A stretch of DNA of 64,000 nucleotides from Bacteroidota bacterium. GTDB taxonomy: Bacteria; Bacteroidota; Bacteroidia; Bacteroidales; Paludibacteraceae. Below the pieces are notes generated by a model that was given only the letters and a program-made list of their open reading frames with translations, was not told where the DNA came from and did no database searches. The DNA is taken from positions 2,767 through 66,766 of the forward strand of contig JBJOOU010000308.1 in the NCBI GenBank assembly GCA_046051105.1, written 5' to 3'. A program made the position numbers and the translations under genes. Below are positions 1 to 9,254 of this stretch, in pieces (the stretch's first letter is position 1; every line of letters begins with the position of its first letter).

Positions 1-1769
1 TCAAATCAACCGATAGTGAAGGCGTGTGGTTGGATAATGAGCGGCAGATGGAGGTGAAGATTCTACCTTCTTTCTGGCAGTCTATTTATGCTAAAATAAT
101 TTACTTCCTGTTTGTTGTCGGACTTTTTCTCGGCGCATTGTACTTTTTCATGACCATTTATAAATTAAAAAACAATATGGTGCTTGAGCAGCAGATGAGC
201 GACATGAAATTACGCTTCTTTACAGATATATCTCATGAGCTTCGCACACCTCTTACGCTAATTTCGCTGCCAGTAGATAATATACTGCAAGAGGATCTTG
301 ATCCGGATATCAAAGAGCAAATGACGCTCGTACGGCGCAACCTTGATCGGGTGATGGGATTGATAAATCAGATTCTGGATTTCAGGAAAATTCAGAATAA
401 TAAGATGCGCTTGAGTGTTGAAGAGTTAAACTTTGGTGATTTTGTAAGAGTTTGTAGCAGCAATTTCAATGAAGTAGCCCATAGTAAAAATATCAGGTTT
501 GAGATTATAAATGATAGTTATGGGCTGAAGGTTTGGGCAGATCATGAGCGTCTTGATTCGATCATTACAAATTTATTGTCAAATGCATTTAAATTTACGC
601 CTGCTGGTAAGAAGATAATTGTCAGGACATTTGCTCGTCAGAATGCATTGGTTTTGGCTGTTTCTGATGAAGGAATAGGTATCGCACAGGAGAAAATTAA
701 TTTCATATTTGATCGTTTTTTTAGTATTTCTCCATTGAAAAATTTCACACAAAAGAGTACAGGGATCGGTTTGGATTTGGTGAAGAAATTGGTTGATTTG
801 CATCATGCTGAAATTCGGGTTGAAAGTCAATTGGGCAAAGGAACGGTGTTTGAAGTCGAATTTAAACCAGGGAATGCTCATTTTGAGGGGAATGCAGATA
901 TTATTTTGTCTGATCATGCAGAGTCAACACTAGTAGAGGCTGAAGAAATAGATCAAACCTCTGAATTTGAATATAAGGAGCAAGAAAAATTATTGCCCCA
1001 AATATTAGTTGTGGAAGATAATGAAGAATTGAGACATTTCTTAAAGAAAACTCTGAAGAAACACTATCGGGTAGTAGAGGCCGATAATGGTAAAACTGGT
1101 TGGCAGAAAGTGGAGCAAATAATGCCCGATCTTATAATAGCTGATTTGCTCATGCCTGAGATGGATGGAATAGAGCTAACTCAAAAAGTAAAGGGAGATG
1201 GTAGAACTTCTCATATACCTGTAATTTTGTTAACTGCGGTGACGGATATGGAAAGTAAAGTGGCTGCGATGAAAACAGGAACAGATGATTATATCACTAA
1301 GCCGTTTAGCTCGGAGTTTTTATTAGCGAGAATTGAGAATTTGATGGCACAGCGTAAGCAGTTGCAGCACTTTTATCGCGAACAGATTGCACAACCAAAG
1401 CCAGACTTTAGTTTGCCTCCGTTGGAATTGAAATCACAGGAAGAGGTATTTATGCAAAATCTGATCAAGTTGATGAATGAAAATCTGGATAATTTTGATT
1501 TGAATATAGATTTTCTTGCTACTGAGTTGGGTATGAGTAGAACGGTATTTTTTAATAAGCTAAAGAGCCTCACCGGTTTTTCGCCAGTAGAATTTGTACG
1601 TGAGGTGCGTTTTGAGCGTGCTGCTGAGTACATGAAAAATACTCAGTTAACCGTGTCTGAAATATCTTATCTGGTCGGGATTGAGGATCCCCGTTATTTT
1701 AGTCGTTGTTTCAAGCAAAAATTTGGAGTGACCCCATCAGAATATAGATCCAGGCCTGAAGCGAAATAA
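1..1769 (+). CDS. Hybrid two-component sensor kinase/response regulator (HTCS), 5'-truncated by window edge
   Basis: Frame is open from the window start (KSTDSEGVW, end of a Y_Y_Y-like domain). Then a TM helix, H-box FFTDISHELRTPL, N-box NLLSNAFKFT, G-boxes, receiver (ADLLMPEMDG) and a C-terminal AraC HTH (YFSRCFKQKFGVTPSEYR). Confidence 0.95.
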   Translation, partial: KSTDSEGVWLDNERQMEVKILPSFWQSIYAKIIYFLFVVGLFLGALYFFMTIYKLKNNMVLEQQMSDMKLRFFTDISHELRTPLTLISLPVDNILQEDLDPDIKEQMTLVRRNLDRVMGLINQILDFRKIQNNKMRLSVEELNFGDFVRVCSSNFNEVAHSKNIRFEIINDSYGLKVWADHERLDSIITNLLSNAFKFTPAGKKIIVRTFARQNALVLAVSDEGIGIAQEKINFIFDRFFSISPLKNFTQKSTGIGLDLVKKLVDLHHAEIRVESQLGKGTVFEVEFKPGNAHFEGNADIILSDHAESTLVEAEEIDQTSEFEYKEQEKLLPQILVVEDNEELRHFLKKTLKKHYRVVEADNGKTGWQKVEQIMPDLIIADLLMPEMDGIELTQKVKGDGRTSHIPVILLTAVTDMESKVAAMKTGTDDYITKPFSSEFLLARIENLMAQRKQLQHFYREQIAQPKPDFSLPPLELKSQEEVFMQNLIKLMNENLDNFDLNIDFLATELGMSRTVFFNKLKSLTGFSPVEFVREVRFERAAEYMKNTQLTVSEISYLVGIEDPRYFSRCFKQKFGVTPSEYRSRPEAK

Positions 1770-1784
1770 TCATGGGCTGAATGA

Positions 1785-1823
1785 AAAAGAGGCTGTTTTC
1801 CGATTGATGGAAACAGCCTCTTT
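1785..1823. terminator. Bidirectional intrinsic terminator
   Basis: AAAAGAGGCTGTTT...AAACAGCCTCTTT inverted repeat between convergent genes. Confidence 0.85.
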
Positions 1824-1844
1824 ACTTTGTGAGCAAACCAGAAA

Positions 1845-3344
1845 TTATTTATATTGTTCCCAGTCTGTATTCAACATGTTGCCCGATTTCATAAATTCAG
1901 TATGCATTTCGAAACAAGCATGAAGATTGGTTGGAGTATGACAAGAGCCTGAAAGAGCTAAATAATCGCGCAAAATCTGACGGTACGATGGATCAACGCA
2001 GTTTTCGATGATTTCTTCGGCACGTTGGATAGGTGATTTACCACGAAGGTCGGCCACACCATGTTCAGTAATAATGATGTTTACCGAGTGTTCGTTTTGG
2101 TCAACGTGGCTTACCATTGGAACGATGGCGCTAATTTTTCCACCTTTAGCGGTTGATGGAGTAGTGAAGATAGAAATATAGGCACTGCGGGTAAAGTCGG
2201 CCGAACCACCAATACCGTTCATCATTTTCGATCCCATTACGTGAGTACTGTTTACGTTACCGAAAATATCGGCTTCCAAAGCGGTATTGATCGTGATCAA
2301 ACCAAGACGACGAGCCAACTCTGGGCTGTTCGACATTTCTTGCGGACGAAGCACCAGTTTGTCGCGGAAGAATTCCAGATCATCGTAAATTTCCTGAAGA
2401 ACAGGAGTCGTGATCGTCAACGAGCAACCGCTGGCAAATTTGATTTTTCCGCTTTTGATCAACCCGATTACCGAGTCCTGAATTACTTCAGTGTACATTT
2501 CGAAGCTTGGAATATCCGGATTCACACCCAGTGAGGCCATTACTGCGTTCGCGATATTACCTACACCCGATTGGATAGGAAGGAATTCGTCTGGAATACG
2601 TCCTGATTTGATTTCAGTTGCCAGGAAGTTAGCCACATTCTGACCAATTTTATCTGTCACCTCGTCAGTTGGAGTAAATCCACCTACTTCGTCGTCGCGG
2701 AAAGTCTCTACAACGCAAAGAATCTTTTTAGGATCTACTTTTACTACAGGGCTACCCATACGGTCGGATGGAGTCATCAGCGTAAGTGGCAAACGGTGAG
2801 GAGGATCAAGTGGCTCGAAAATATCGTGGAATCCGCGAAGTTCTTTTGGGTGTTTTTTATTCCATTCTACAATGATGTAGTCGGCCAGATTAGCGATGGT
2901 AGGAGTGATGCCCACACCAGTTGTTGGAACCAGTTCGCCATCGGCAGTAATATCACACACTTCAATAATCGCAAACTTAGGTTTTGGCATAAAACCAAAA
3001 CGAAGGTGAGGAGCGATGGATGAAAGGTGCATGTCGAAATAAGGGGCACGATCAGCATTCAATGCAGAACGTAAGTCTTTGTTTGACTGGTAAGGAGTGC
3101 GGAAAAGGATCGCATTAGCACGAGCCAGAGCACCGTCCAGTGAGTCGCCGGTAGAAGCGCCGGTGTACATACCTACTTTAAATTCTTTTCCTTCAGCGTG
3201 AAATGCTTCAGCACGTTTAGCAATTGCTGTGGGAACTTCTTTTGGGCATCCTGCAGGAGTAAATCCGCTGAACCCGATAATGTCGCCGTTGTTTACATAG
3301 CTTGCTGCTTCGTCGGCGGTTACAAATTTATACGTTTCTCGCAT
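1845..3344 (-). CDS. Acetyl-CoA hydrolase/succinate CoA-transferase family protein
   Basis: SGFTPAGCPK, GASTG, LPIQSGVGNIANA, YTEVIQD, MMNGIGGSADF and ITEHGVADLRG motifs of the ScpC/Ach1 family. Confidence 0.93.
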   Translation of the reverse strand: MRETYKFVTADEAASYVNNGDIIGFSGFTPAGCPKEVPTAIAKRAEAFHAEGKEFKVGMYTGASTGDSLDGALARANAILFRTPYQSNKDLRSALNADRAPYFDMHLSSIAPHLRFGFMPKPKFAIIEVCDITADGELVPTTGVGITPTIANLADYIIVEWNKKHPKELRGFHDIFEPLDPPHRLPLTLMTPSDRMGSPVVKVDPKKILCVVETFRDDEVGGFTPTDEVTDKIGQNVANFLATEIKSGRIPDEFLPIQSGVGNIANAVMASLGVNPDIPSFEMYTEVIQDSVIGLIKSGKIKFASGCSLTITTPVLQEIYDDLEFFRDKLVLRPQEMSNSPELARRLGLITINTALEADIFGNVNSTHVMGSKMMNGIGGSADFTRSAYISIFTTPSTAKGGKISAIVPMVSHVDQNEHSVNIIITEHGVADLRGKSPIQRAEEIIENCVDPSYRQILRDYLALSGSCHTPTNLHACFEMHTEFMKSGNMLNTDWEQYK

Positions 3345-3694
3345 GACAAAAATATTTATTCAAATGTATATTTGACTAATAATAAACCTGTTATGATTTA
3401 CTTTGTGAGTAATAATCCTTAAGCCCTGATGGCATCGAATTCGGGTGCAAAATTACCAATAATATTTCGATTGACACTAAAATAATCCTACTAATTACAG
3501 AAATTTTTCTGTAATCAAACATACTGCCCATATTGTATGAAGTTGTGCATAAGATATGTGTCGATTGCTTTTCAAAACCTTCAAAATCTGTAAAAAATCT
3601 GTATAAATAACAACTTTCTCGGAAAAAATGCGGATATTTGTAAAAACAATAATTTCAGAAATTATTCAATAAAAAACACCGCTTTTATATCATC

Positions 3695-5158
3695 ATGAAT
3701 CAAAACGATATCCGTTCTCTGGAGCCAAAAGCGCTTTGGGAGAATTTTTATAGCATCACACAGGTGCCACACCCATCGGGGAAAAAAGAAGAAATTGGTG
3801 CATTTCTCGAACAATTCGGTAAAAATCTTGGACTCGAAACTCTTCGCGACGAGGCCGGCAACGTGTTGGTCCGCAAGCCTGCGACACCAGGCATGGATAG
3901 CCGCAAAGCTGTGGTGTTGCAGGCACACATGGACATGGTGCCACAGAAAAACAGTGGCGTAGCGCACAATTTCGAAACCGATCCTATTCAGGCCTATGTA
4001 GATGGCGACTGGGTAACTGCTAAAGATACTACACTGGGTGCCGATAACGGTATCGGATTGGCTGCTGCAATGAGTGTACTTCAATCGACTGATATTGCTC
4101 ATCCGGCTATCGAAATGTTTGTAACTGTAGACGAAGAAACCGGCATGCACGGTGCTTTCGGACTGCAACCCGGCTTTTTACAGGGCGATATCCTTATTAA
4201 TATGGATTCGGAAGACGAGGGCGAATTGTACGTGGGTTGTGCCGGCGGTATCGATGCCGATATAACTTTCCGCTACAAAGAAGTAGAAGTTCCGGAAGGC
4301 GATGTGGCGCTCAAAATTTCGCTTACCGGTCTGAAAGGTGGTCACTCTGGTGTGGATATACACCTTCAACGTGCGAATGCAAACAAGTTGATGTTCCGCT
4401 TTTTGAAAGTGGCCGTGTCTGATTTGGATGCTCGTTTGGTATCAATCGATGGTGGAAGCTTGCGCAATGCTATTCCGCGCGAAGCATTCCTGGTGCTTAC
4501 TGTGCCCGAAGATGCGGTAGATGATATGATCGACTTTGTAAAAGCCTGCGAAGAACTGTTTATCGAAGAATATGCAGGTGTCGAAGATAATATCTCGTTT
4601 ACAGTGGAAGCGGTTGAATTGCCTGCTGGGCTGATTCCTGAAGAAGTGCAGGACGATTTGATCAATGCAGTGACTGCTTGTCCCAACGGAGTATATCGCT
4701 TTATTCCCGAGCTGCCAACCGTGGTGGAAACTTCCAATAACCTGGCGATCATCAAATCGGATGGCGAGAAAATTGAAGTACGCAGCCTGATTCGTAGTTC
4801 GGTAGAGAGCCGCAAAGACGAGGTGGCATCGATGGTTGAAAGCGTATTCTCATTGGCTGGTGCCAAAGTAGAATTGGTGGGCGGCTATCCGGGCTGGAAA
4901 CCCAACCTTGAATCGCCGATTTTGAAAGAAATGACCAAGGTATACGAAGACAAATATGGAAAAACGCCGAAGGTGATGATTATTCATGCCGGACTGGAAT
5001 GCGGTATTCTGGGTACACATTATCCAGCGATGGATATGATTTCGTTTGGTCCTACTATTCGTTATCCGCATTCGCCTGATGAGAAAGTGAATATTGCTAC
5101 GGTGCAAAAATTCTGGGATTACCTGGTGGCTACGCTGGCCAATATCCCTGCTAAATAA
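3695..5158 (+). CDS. pepD: Aminoacyl-histidine dipeptidase (M20C)
   Basis: LQAHMDMV, TTLGADNGIG, DEETGM, GGHSG, IHAGLECG and HSPDE motifs. Confidence 0.95.
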   Translation: MNQNDIRSLEPKALWENFYSITQVPHPSGKKEEIGAFLEQFGKNLGLETLRDEAGNVLVRKPATPGMDSRKAVVLQAHMDMVPQKNSGVAHNFETDPIQAYVDGDWVTAKDTTLGADNGIGLAAAMSVLQSTDIAHPAIEMFVTVDEETGMHGAFGLQPGFLQGDILINMDSEDEGELYVGCAGGIDADITFRYKEVEVPEGDVALKISLTGLKGGHSGVDIHLQRANANKLMFRFLKVAVSDLDARLVSIDGGSLRNAIPREAFLVLTVPEDAVDDMIDFVKACEELFIEEYAGVEDNISFTVEAVELPAGLIPEEVQDDLINAVTACPNGVYRFIPELPTVVETSNNLAIIKSDGEKIEVRSLIRSSVESRKDEVASMVESVFSLAGAKVELVGGYPGWKPNLESPILKEMTKVYEDKYGKTPKVMIIHAGLECGILGTHYPAMDMISFGPTIRYPHSPDEKVNIATVQKFWDYLVATLANIPAK

Positions 5159-5169
5159 ATGGAAAACAG

Positions 5170-5200
5170 AAAATCCTCCTGATCTCATGGGAGGATTTTT
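5170..5200 (+). terminator. Intrinsic terminator after pepD
   Basis: AAAATCCTCC...GGAGGATTTTT hairpin with T-tail. Confidence 0.75.
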
Positions 5201-5254
5201 TACTATATAAAAATGTGTGATAAAGCCTCGTGACTGAGGGATAATTTTTGCAAA

Positions 5255-6445
5255 ATGAAGAAAACAATTTTATTTGCTGCATTGCTGGCGGGAGTTAGCA
5301 CTGCTTTTGCTCAAAAGGATACCGCAAAGGTGGATTCTTTTAAATTTACAATTACCAAACAGTTGAAAATTTCGCCTGTAAAGAATCAGGCCAGTTCGGG
5401 TACTTGCTGGAGCTACTCCACCATCGGTTTTTTTGAATCGGAATTGCTGCGTATGGGTAAGCCTGAAGTAGATTTAGCCGAAATGTTTGTGGTACACCAT
5501 TCTTATTCGGATAAAGCGGTGAAATATGTTCGCATGAACGGAACCTGCAATTTTGCGGGTGGTGGTTCGTTTGACGATGTGTTGTATGTGCTGAAAAACT
5601 ACGGTATCGTGCCACAGTCGGCAATGGAAGGACTGAACTATGGTGAAGAAAAAAACAAACATGCCGAACTGGATGCTTTGACAGAGGCGTATGTAAAAGT
5701 GATTGTTTCAAACCCGAACAAAAAACTTTCTACAGCATGGAAAACTGGTTTTGATGGCATCTTGGATGCTTATCTTGGAAAATTGCCAACTGAATTTACT
5801 GTAGATGGCAAAAAATACACTCCTCAAACTTACGTAAAATCATTGGGATTGAATTTGGATGACTACGTGTCACTTACTTCTTTTACCCATCATCCGTTTT
5901 ATACACAGTTTGCAATCGAAATCCCGGACAACTGGCGTAATTCTGAGTCGTACAACCTTCCATTGGACGAGTTGATGCAGGTGATGAATAACGCTATCGA
6001 CAAGGGATATTGCTTCGCATGGGCTTCGGACGTAAGCGAAAAAGGCTTTACCCGCAACGGTATTGCTGTTGATCCTGAGGTGAAAAAAGAAAATCTTCCG
6101 GGTTCTGATCAGGCTAAATGGCTGAACATTACTCAAAAGGAAATGGAAGAGAAAATCTACAAAGTTGATCATCCACAACCAGAGATTAAGGTGACACAGG
6201 AAATCCGTCAGCAGGGTTTTGATAACTATCAAACTACCGACGATCACGGTATGGTGATTTTCGGAACAGCAAAAGATCAAAACGGAACGAACTATTACCT
6301 GGTGAAAAACTCATGGGGAACAGAGTCGAAATACAAAGGAATCTGGTATGCCAGCGAAACATTCGTGAAGCATAAAACCATTGATATAATGGTGCACAAA
6401 GATGCGATTCCAAAAGAAATTCAGAAGAAGTTAGGTTTGAAATAA
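5255..6445 (+). CDS. Secreted C1-family cysteine aminopeptidase (aminopeptidase C/bleomycin hydrolase-like)
   Basis: Signal peptide ending AFA-Q; catalytic motifs QASSGTCWS, DHGM and KNSWG. Confidence 0.9.
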   Translation: MKKTILFAALLAGVSTAFAQKDTAKVDSFKFTITKQLKISPVKNQASSGTCWSYSTIGFFESELLRMGKPEVDLAEMFVVHHSYSDKAVKYVRMNGTCNFAGGGSFDDVLYVLKNYGIVPQSAMEGLNYGEEKNKHAELDALTEAYVKVIVSNPNKKLSTAWKTGFDGILDAYLGKLPTEFTVDGKKYTPQTYVKSLGLNLDDYVSLTSFTHHPFYTQFAIEIPDNWRNSESYNLPLDELMQVMNNAIDKGYCFAWASDVSEKGFTRNGIAVDPEVKKENLPGSDQAKWLNITQKEMEEKIYKVDHPQPEIKVTQEIRQQGFDNYQTTDDHGMVIFGTAKDQNGTNYYLVKNSWGTESKYKGIWYASETFVKHKTIDIMVHKDAIPKEIQKKLGLK

Positions 6446-6446
6446 G

Positions 6447-6490
6447 AAAAAGCGTTGCAATGACTACAGTAGTTTTGCAACGCTTTTTTT
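6447..6490. terminator. Bidirectional intrinsic terminator
   Basis: AAAAAGCGTTGCAA...TTGCAACGCTTTTT between convergent genes. Confidence 0.85.
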
Positions 6491-6491
6491 G

Positions 6492-7532
6492 TTATAGTTT
6501 TACTTTTACAGGCATCCCTGTTTTAAGCGATTCGTCCATGGCCTGCATCACGGCCACGGTACCAATGCCTTCGCGCAGGTCGGGGTAGGCCGTTTCGCCC
6601 GAATCCAGACAGTCGGCAAAGTATTCGTAGTAGTTTTGGTATTCGCCCGCGTGGTGCGATTTGCCTTCGAAGCGGAAAAAATGTTTCAGTTTATGATCGA
6701 ACGTAACCACTTTTTCTTCGCCGGTGCGGGTGGTGATGGCGTAGCGCAAATCCATGTAGTCGCCCTGGCTGCACCCTTCGGTACCCCGCAAAATACAACT
6801 CATTTCGCTATCTCGCATGGTCGGTTGCACCGGTCCCGAATACACGCCGCTGATTCGCGCAATGCGTCCGTCGGCTGCCTTAAGAATAAAGTGCATCGTG
6901 TCTTCGTTTTTCAGTCCGCCCGCTTTCCCGTTGGGGCTCAACATGCCGTAGCCCATCACTTCTACAATGTCGGGCATGTACCAACGCACCAAATCCACCG
7001 GGTGGCTCAGTCCGCCATACAGCCATTTAAATGAATTTTCGAGCGACCAGCCTTTGCCCAAAAACCAACGATGGTCGGCATGGTAATAAGCCTCTACAGT
7101 GACCAGTTCGCCAATTTCGCCTGCCACAAAGTCGGCACGTTGACGTTTCATCGGCTCAAAAAAGCGACTACTTTGTCCCACAAAAACGCGTTTGCCCGTC
7201 TTCTGGCAAAGGTCGATCAACTCCTGAGTACGTCCCAGATCGTCGATAAGTGGTTTGGTACACACCACATGTTTGCCGGCCTCCAATGCCATTTTTATAT
7301 GATCGGCATGATATTTATCCGGCGTATAAATACCTATAACGTCAATTTCGGGATCATCCAGTAGGTCTTCGTAGCGTGTTGTGTAGTTGTGGAAATCAAA
7401 TTCCTTTGCGCGATGTTTGCACAAATCTTCGTTGAGGTCGCACACGCGGCGCAATTCCCATTTGCTGCTTTGCAGGGCTGCCGACATGGTGCTGCGGCCC
7501 TCGCCCAATCCTAATATTCCTAATTTATACAT
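6492..7532 (-). CDS. Gfo/Idh/MocA family oxidoreductase
   Basis: Rossmann motif LGILGLGEG, YTPDKYHA and GKHVVCTKP. Start taken at MYKLG (7532). Confidence 0.88.
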   Translation of the reverse strand: MYKLGILGLGEGRSTMSAALQSSKWELRRVCDLNEDLCKHRAKEFDFHNYTTRYEDLLDDPEIDVIGIYTPDKYHADHIKMALEAGKHVVCTKPLIDDLGRTQELIDLCQKTGKRVFVGQSSRFFEPMKRQRADFVAGEIGELVTVEAYYHADHRWFLGKGWSLENSFKWLYGGLSHPVDLVRWYMPDIVEVMGYGMLSPNGKAGGLKNEDTMHFILKAADGRIARISGVYSGPVQPTMRDSEMSCILRGTEGCSQGDYMDLRYAITTRTGEEKVVTFDHKLKHFFRFEGKSHHAGEYQNYYEYFADCLDSGETAYPDLREGIGTVAVMQAMDESLKTGMPVKVKL

Positions 7533-7675
7533 AGTGTTTCGTGTTTCAATAAAAGACATTTGAGGGGTTGAAATTGTACTCTTTCAAACAGTGCCCGAAA
7601 TGATTTGTTTTTTAGGCGGATGCGATTTTGTGTATTCTTCCGTATCTTTGCAGCGATTTTTATAAAAACTTCAGA

Positions 7676-9151
7676 ATGGGAGATATTCGTAAATTGGCCG
7701 GGCAGACCGTTTTCTATGGCGGTAGCACTGTGTTGGCCCGATTGGTCAACTACTTGCTGGTGCCAATTCAAACAAACATTTTTGCCCCCAAAGAGTATGG
7801 TGTGGTAGGGGAGATGTATGCTTATGTGGCGTTCCTGATTGTGGTGCTAACCTTTGGTATGGAGACGGCTTTTTTTCGTTTCTACGACAAAAAAGATGAG
7901 GCTAAAAGTGCGGTAGTGTACAGTGTGGCTATGAAATCGCTGATGGTGGTGGGCATGTTGTTTGTGATTCTGATGAATATTTTTGCGCAGCCCATTGCTA
8001 CCCATATCCGCTATGCCGATCATCCTGAATATATCAGTATGTTTGCGTTTCTGATCGCCATCGATGCGGTAACGACTGTGCCTTTTGCCCGTTTGCGGGC
8101 GCTCAACCGTCCTCAGCTTTTTGCGATGCTCAAAGTAGGGAATATCCTGGTAAATGTAATTCTCAACCTGGTGTTTCTGTATCTTTTCCCTTATATGATA
8201 CAGCACAATATCATGGCTTCGGCTGTGGCGGCTATCTACAATCCGGCCATTGGCGTGGGCTATATTTTTATTGCCAATCTGGTGGCGTCGGCGCTCACTT
8301 TGCTGGCGTTGTTTTTTGTCATTCCGTTTAAAAAAGTGGCGTTTGATGTGCCGATGTGGAAAAAAATGATGGGCTATGCCTTACCTTTGCTGCTCTTCGG
8401 GCTGGCCGGAAATATCAACGAAACTTTCGACCGTATTCTGCTGAAATGGCTCTCGCCTGCCGATATTGCGCAGACACAGGTGGGGATTTATTCGGCTTGT
8501 TACAAGATTTCTATCTTTATGACCATCGTAATTCAGGGCTTTAAATATGCGGCTGAACCCTTCTTTTTCTCACATGCCAAAGAGTCCGATTCGCGCGATA
8601 TCTACGCCGACGTGATGAAATATTTTGTGATTGTGTGCTCGCTTATTTTCCTGGCGGTAATGGTGTATATAGATGTGGTGAAATACATGGTGGGACACGC
8701 TTATTGGGGAGGACTGAAGGTGGTGCCCATTTTGTTGCTGGCCAATATGTCGCTGGGTATTTTTTACAACCTGAGCATTTGGTACAAGCTCACCGATAAA
8801 ACCCGATACGGCGCTTATCTTTCGATTTTTGGAGCTATCATCACCCTGGTGCTCAACTCTACTTTAATCCCAATTATCGGGTATATGGGTTCGGCCTGGG
8901 CTACTTTTGCCTGCTATTTCAGTATGATGGTGTTGTCGTATTTTATTGGGCAAAAGCACTATCGCGTGCCTTACCAACTGTCGCGCATCCTGATGTATAT
9001 CGGGCTGAGTCTGGTTTTGTGGGCGGTTAGCGCATTCTTGCCTATTCATAACCATTGGTTGCGGATGATTCCCGGAACTATTCTAATTGGTATATATGTG
9101 GCCGTTGTGCTGAAGAAAGAACCGGTATTTGCAAGACTGGTAAAACGATAA
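7676..9151 (+). CDS. Polysaccharide flippase-like (Wzx/MOP superfamily) membrane protein
   Basis: About 12-14 hydrophobic helices and a KLAGQTVFYG N-terminus typical of Bacteroidota polysaccharide-biosynthesis proteins. -7 box TATCTTTG at 7643 supports ATG 7676. Confidence 0.85.
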   Translation: MGDIRKLAGQTVFYGGSTVLARLVNYLLVPIQTNIFAPKEYGVVGEMYAYVAFLIVVLTFGMETAFFRFYDKKDEAKSAVVYSVAMKSLMVVGMLFVILMNIFAQPIATHIRYADHPEYISMFAFLIAIDAVTTVPFARLRALNRPQLFAMLKVGNILVNVILNLVFLYLFPYMIQHNIMASAVAAIYNPAIGVGYIFIANLVASALTLLALFFVIPFKKVAFDVPMWKKMMGYALPLLLFGLAGNINETFDRILLKWLSPADIAQTQVGIYSACYKISIFMTIVIQGFKYAAEPFFFSHAKESDSRDIYADVMKYFVIVCSLIFLAVMVYIDVVKYMVGHAYWGGLKVVPILLLANMSLGIFYNLSIWYKLTDKTRYGAYLSIFGAIITLVLNSTLIPIIGYMGSAWATFACYFSMMVLSYFIGQKHYRVPYQLSRILMYIGLSLVLWAVSAFLPIHNHWLRMIPGTILIGIYVAVVLKKEPVFARLVKR

Positions 9152-9203
9152 AAAAAGAGCTCCGCTTTTTCTAACGTGAGAATCGTTGAAAAGGCGGAGC
9201 TTT
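9150..9203. terminator. Bidirectional terminator-like hairpin
   Basis: AAGAGCTCCGCTTTT...AAAAGGCGGAGCTTT between convergent genes. Confidence 0.7.
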
Positions 9204-9254
9204 CTATTTTAAAAAGTCTTTGTTTTTTTGACCTGAAATATTTGTTCTGAAAAA

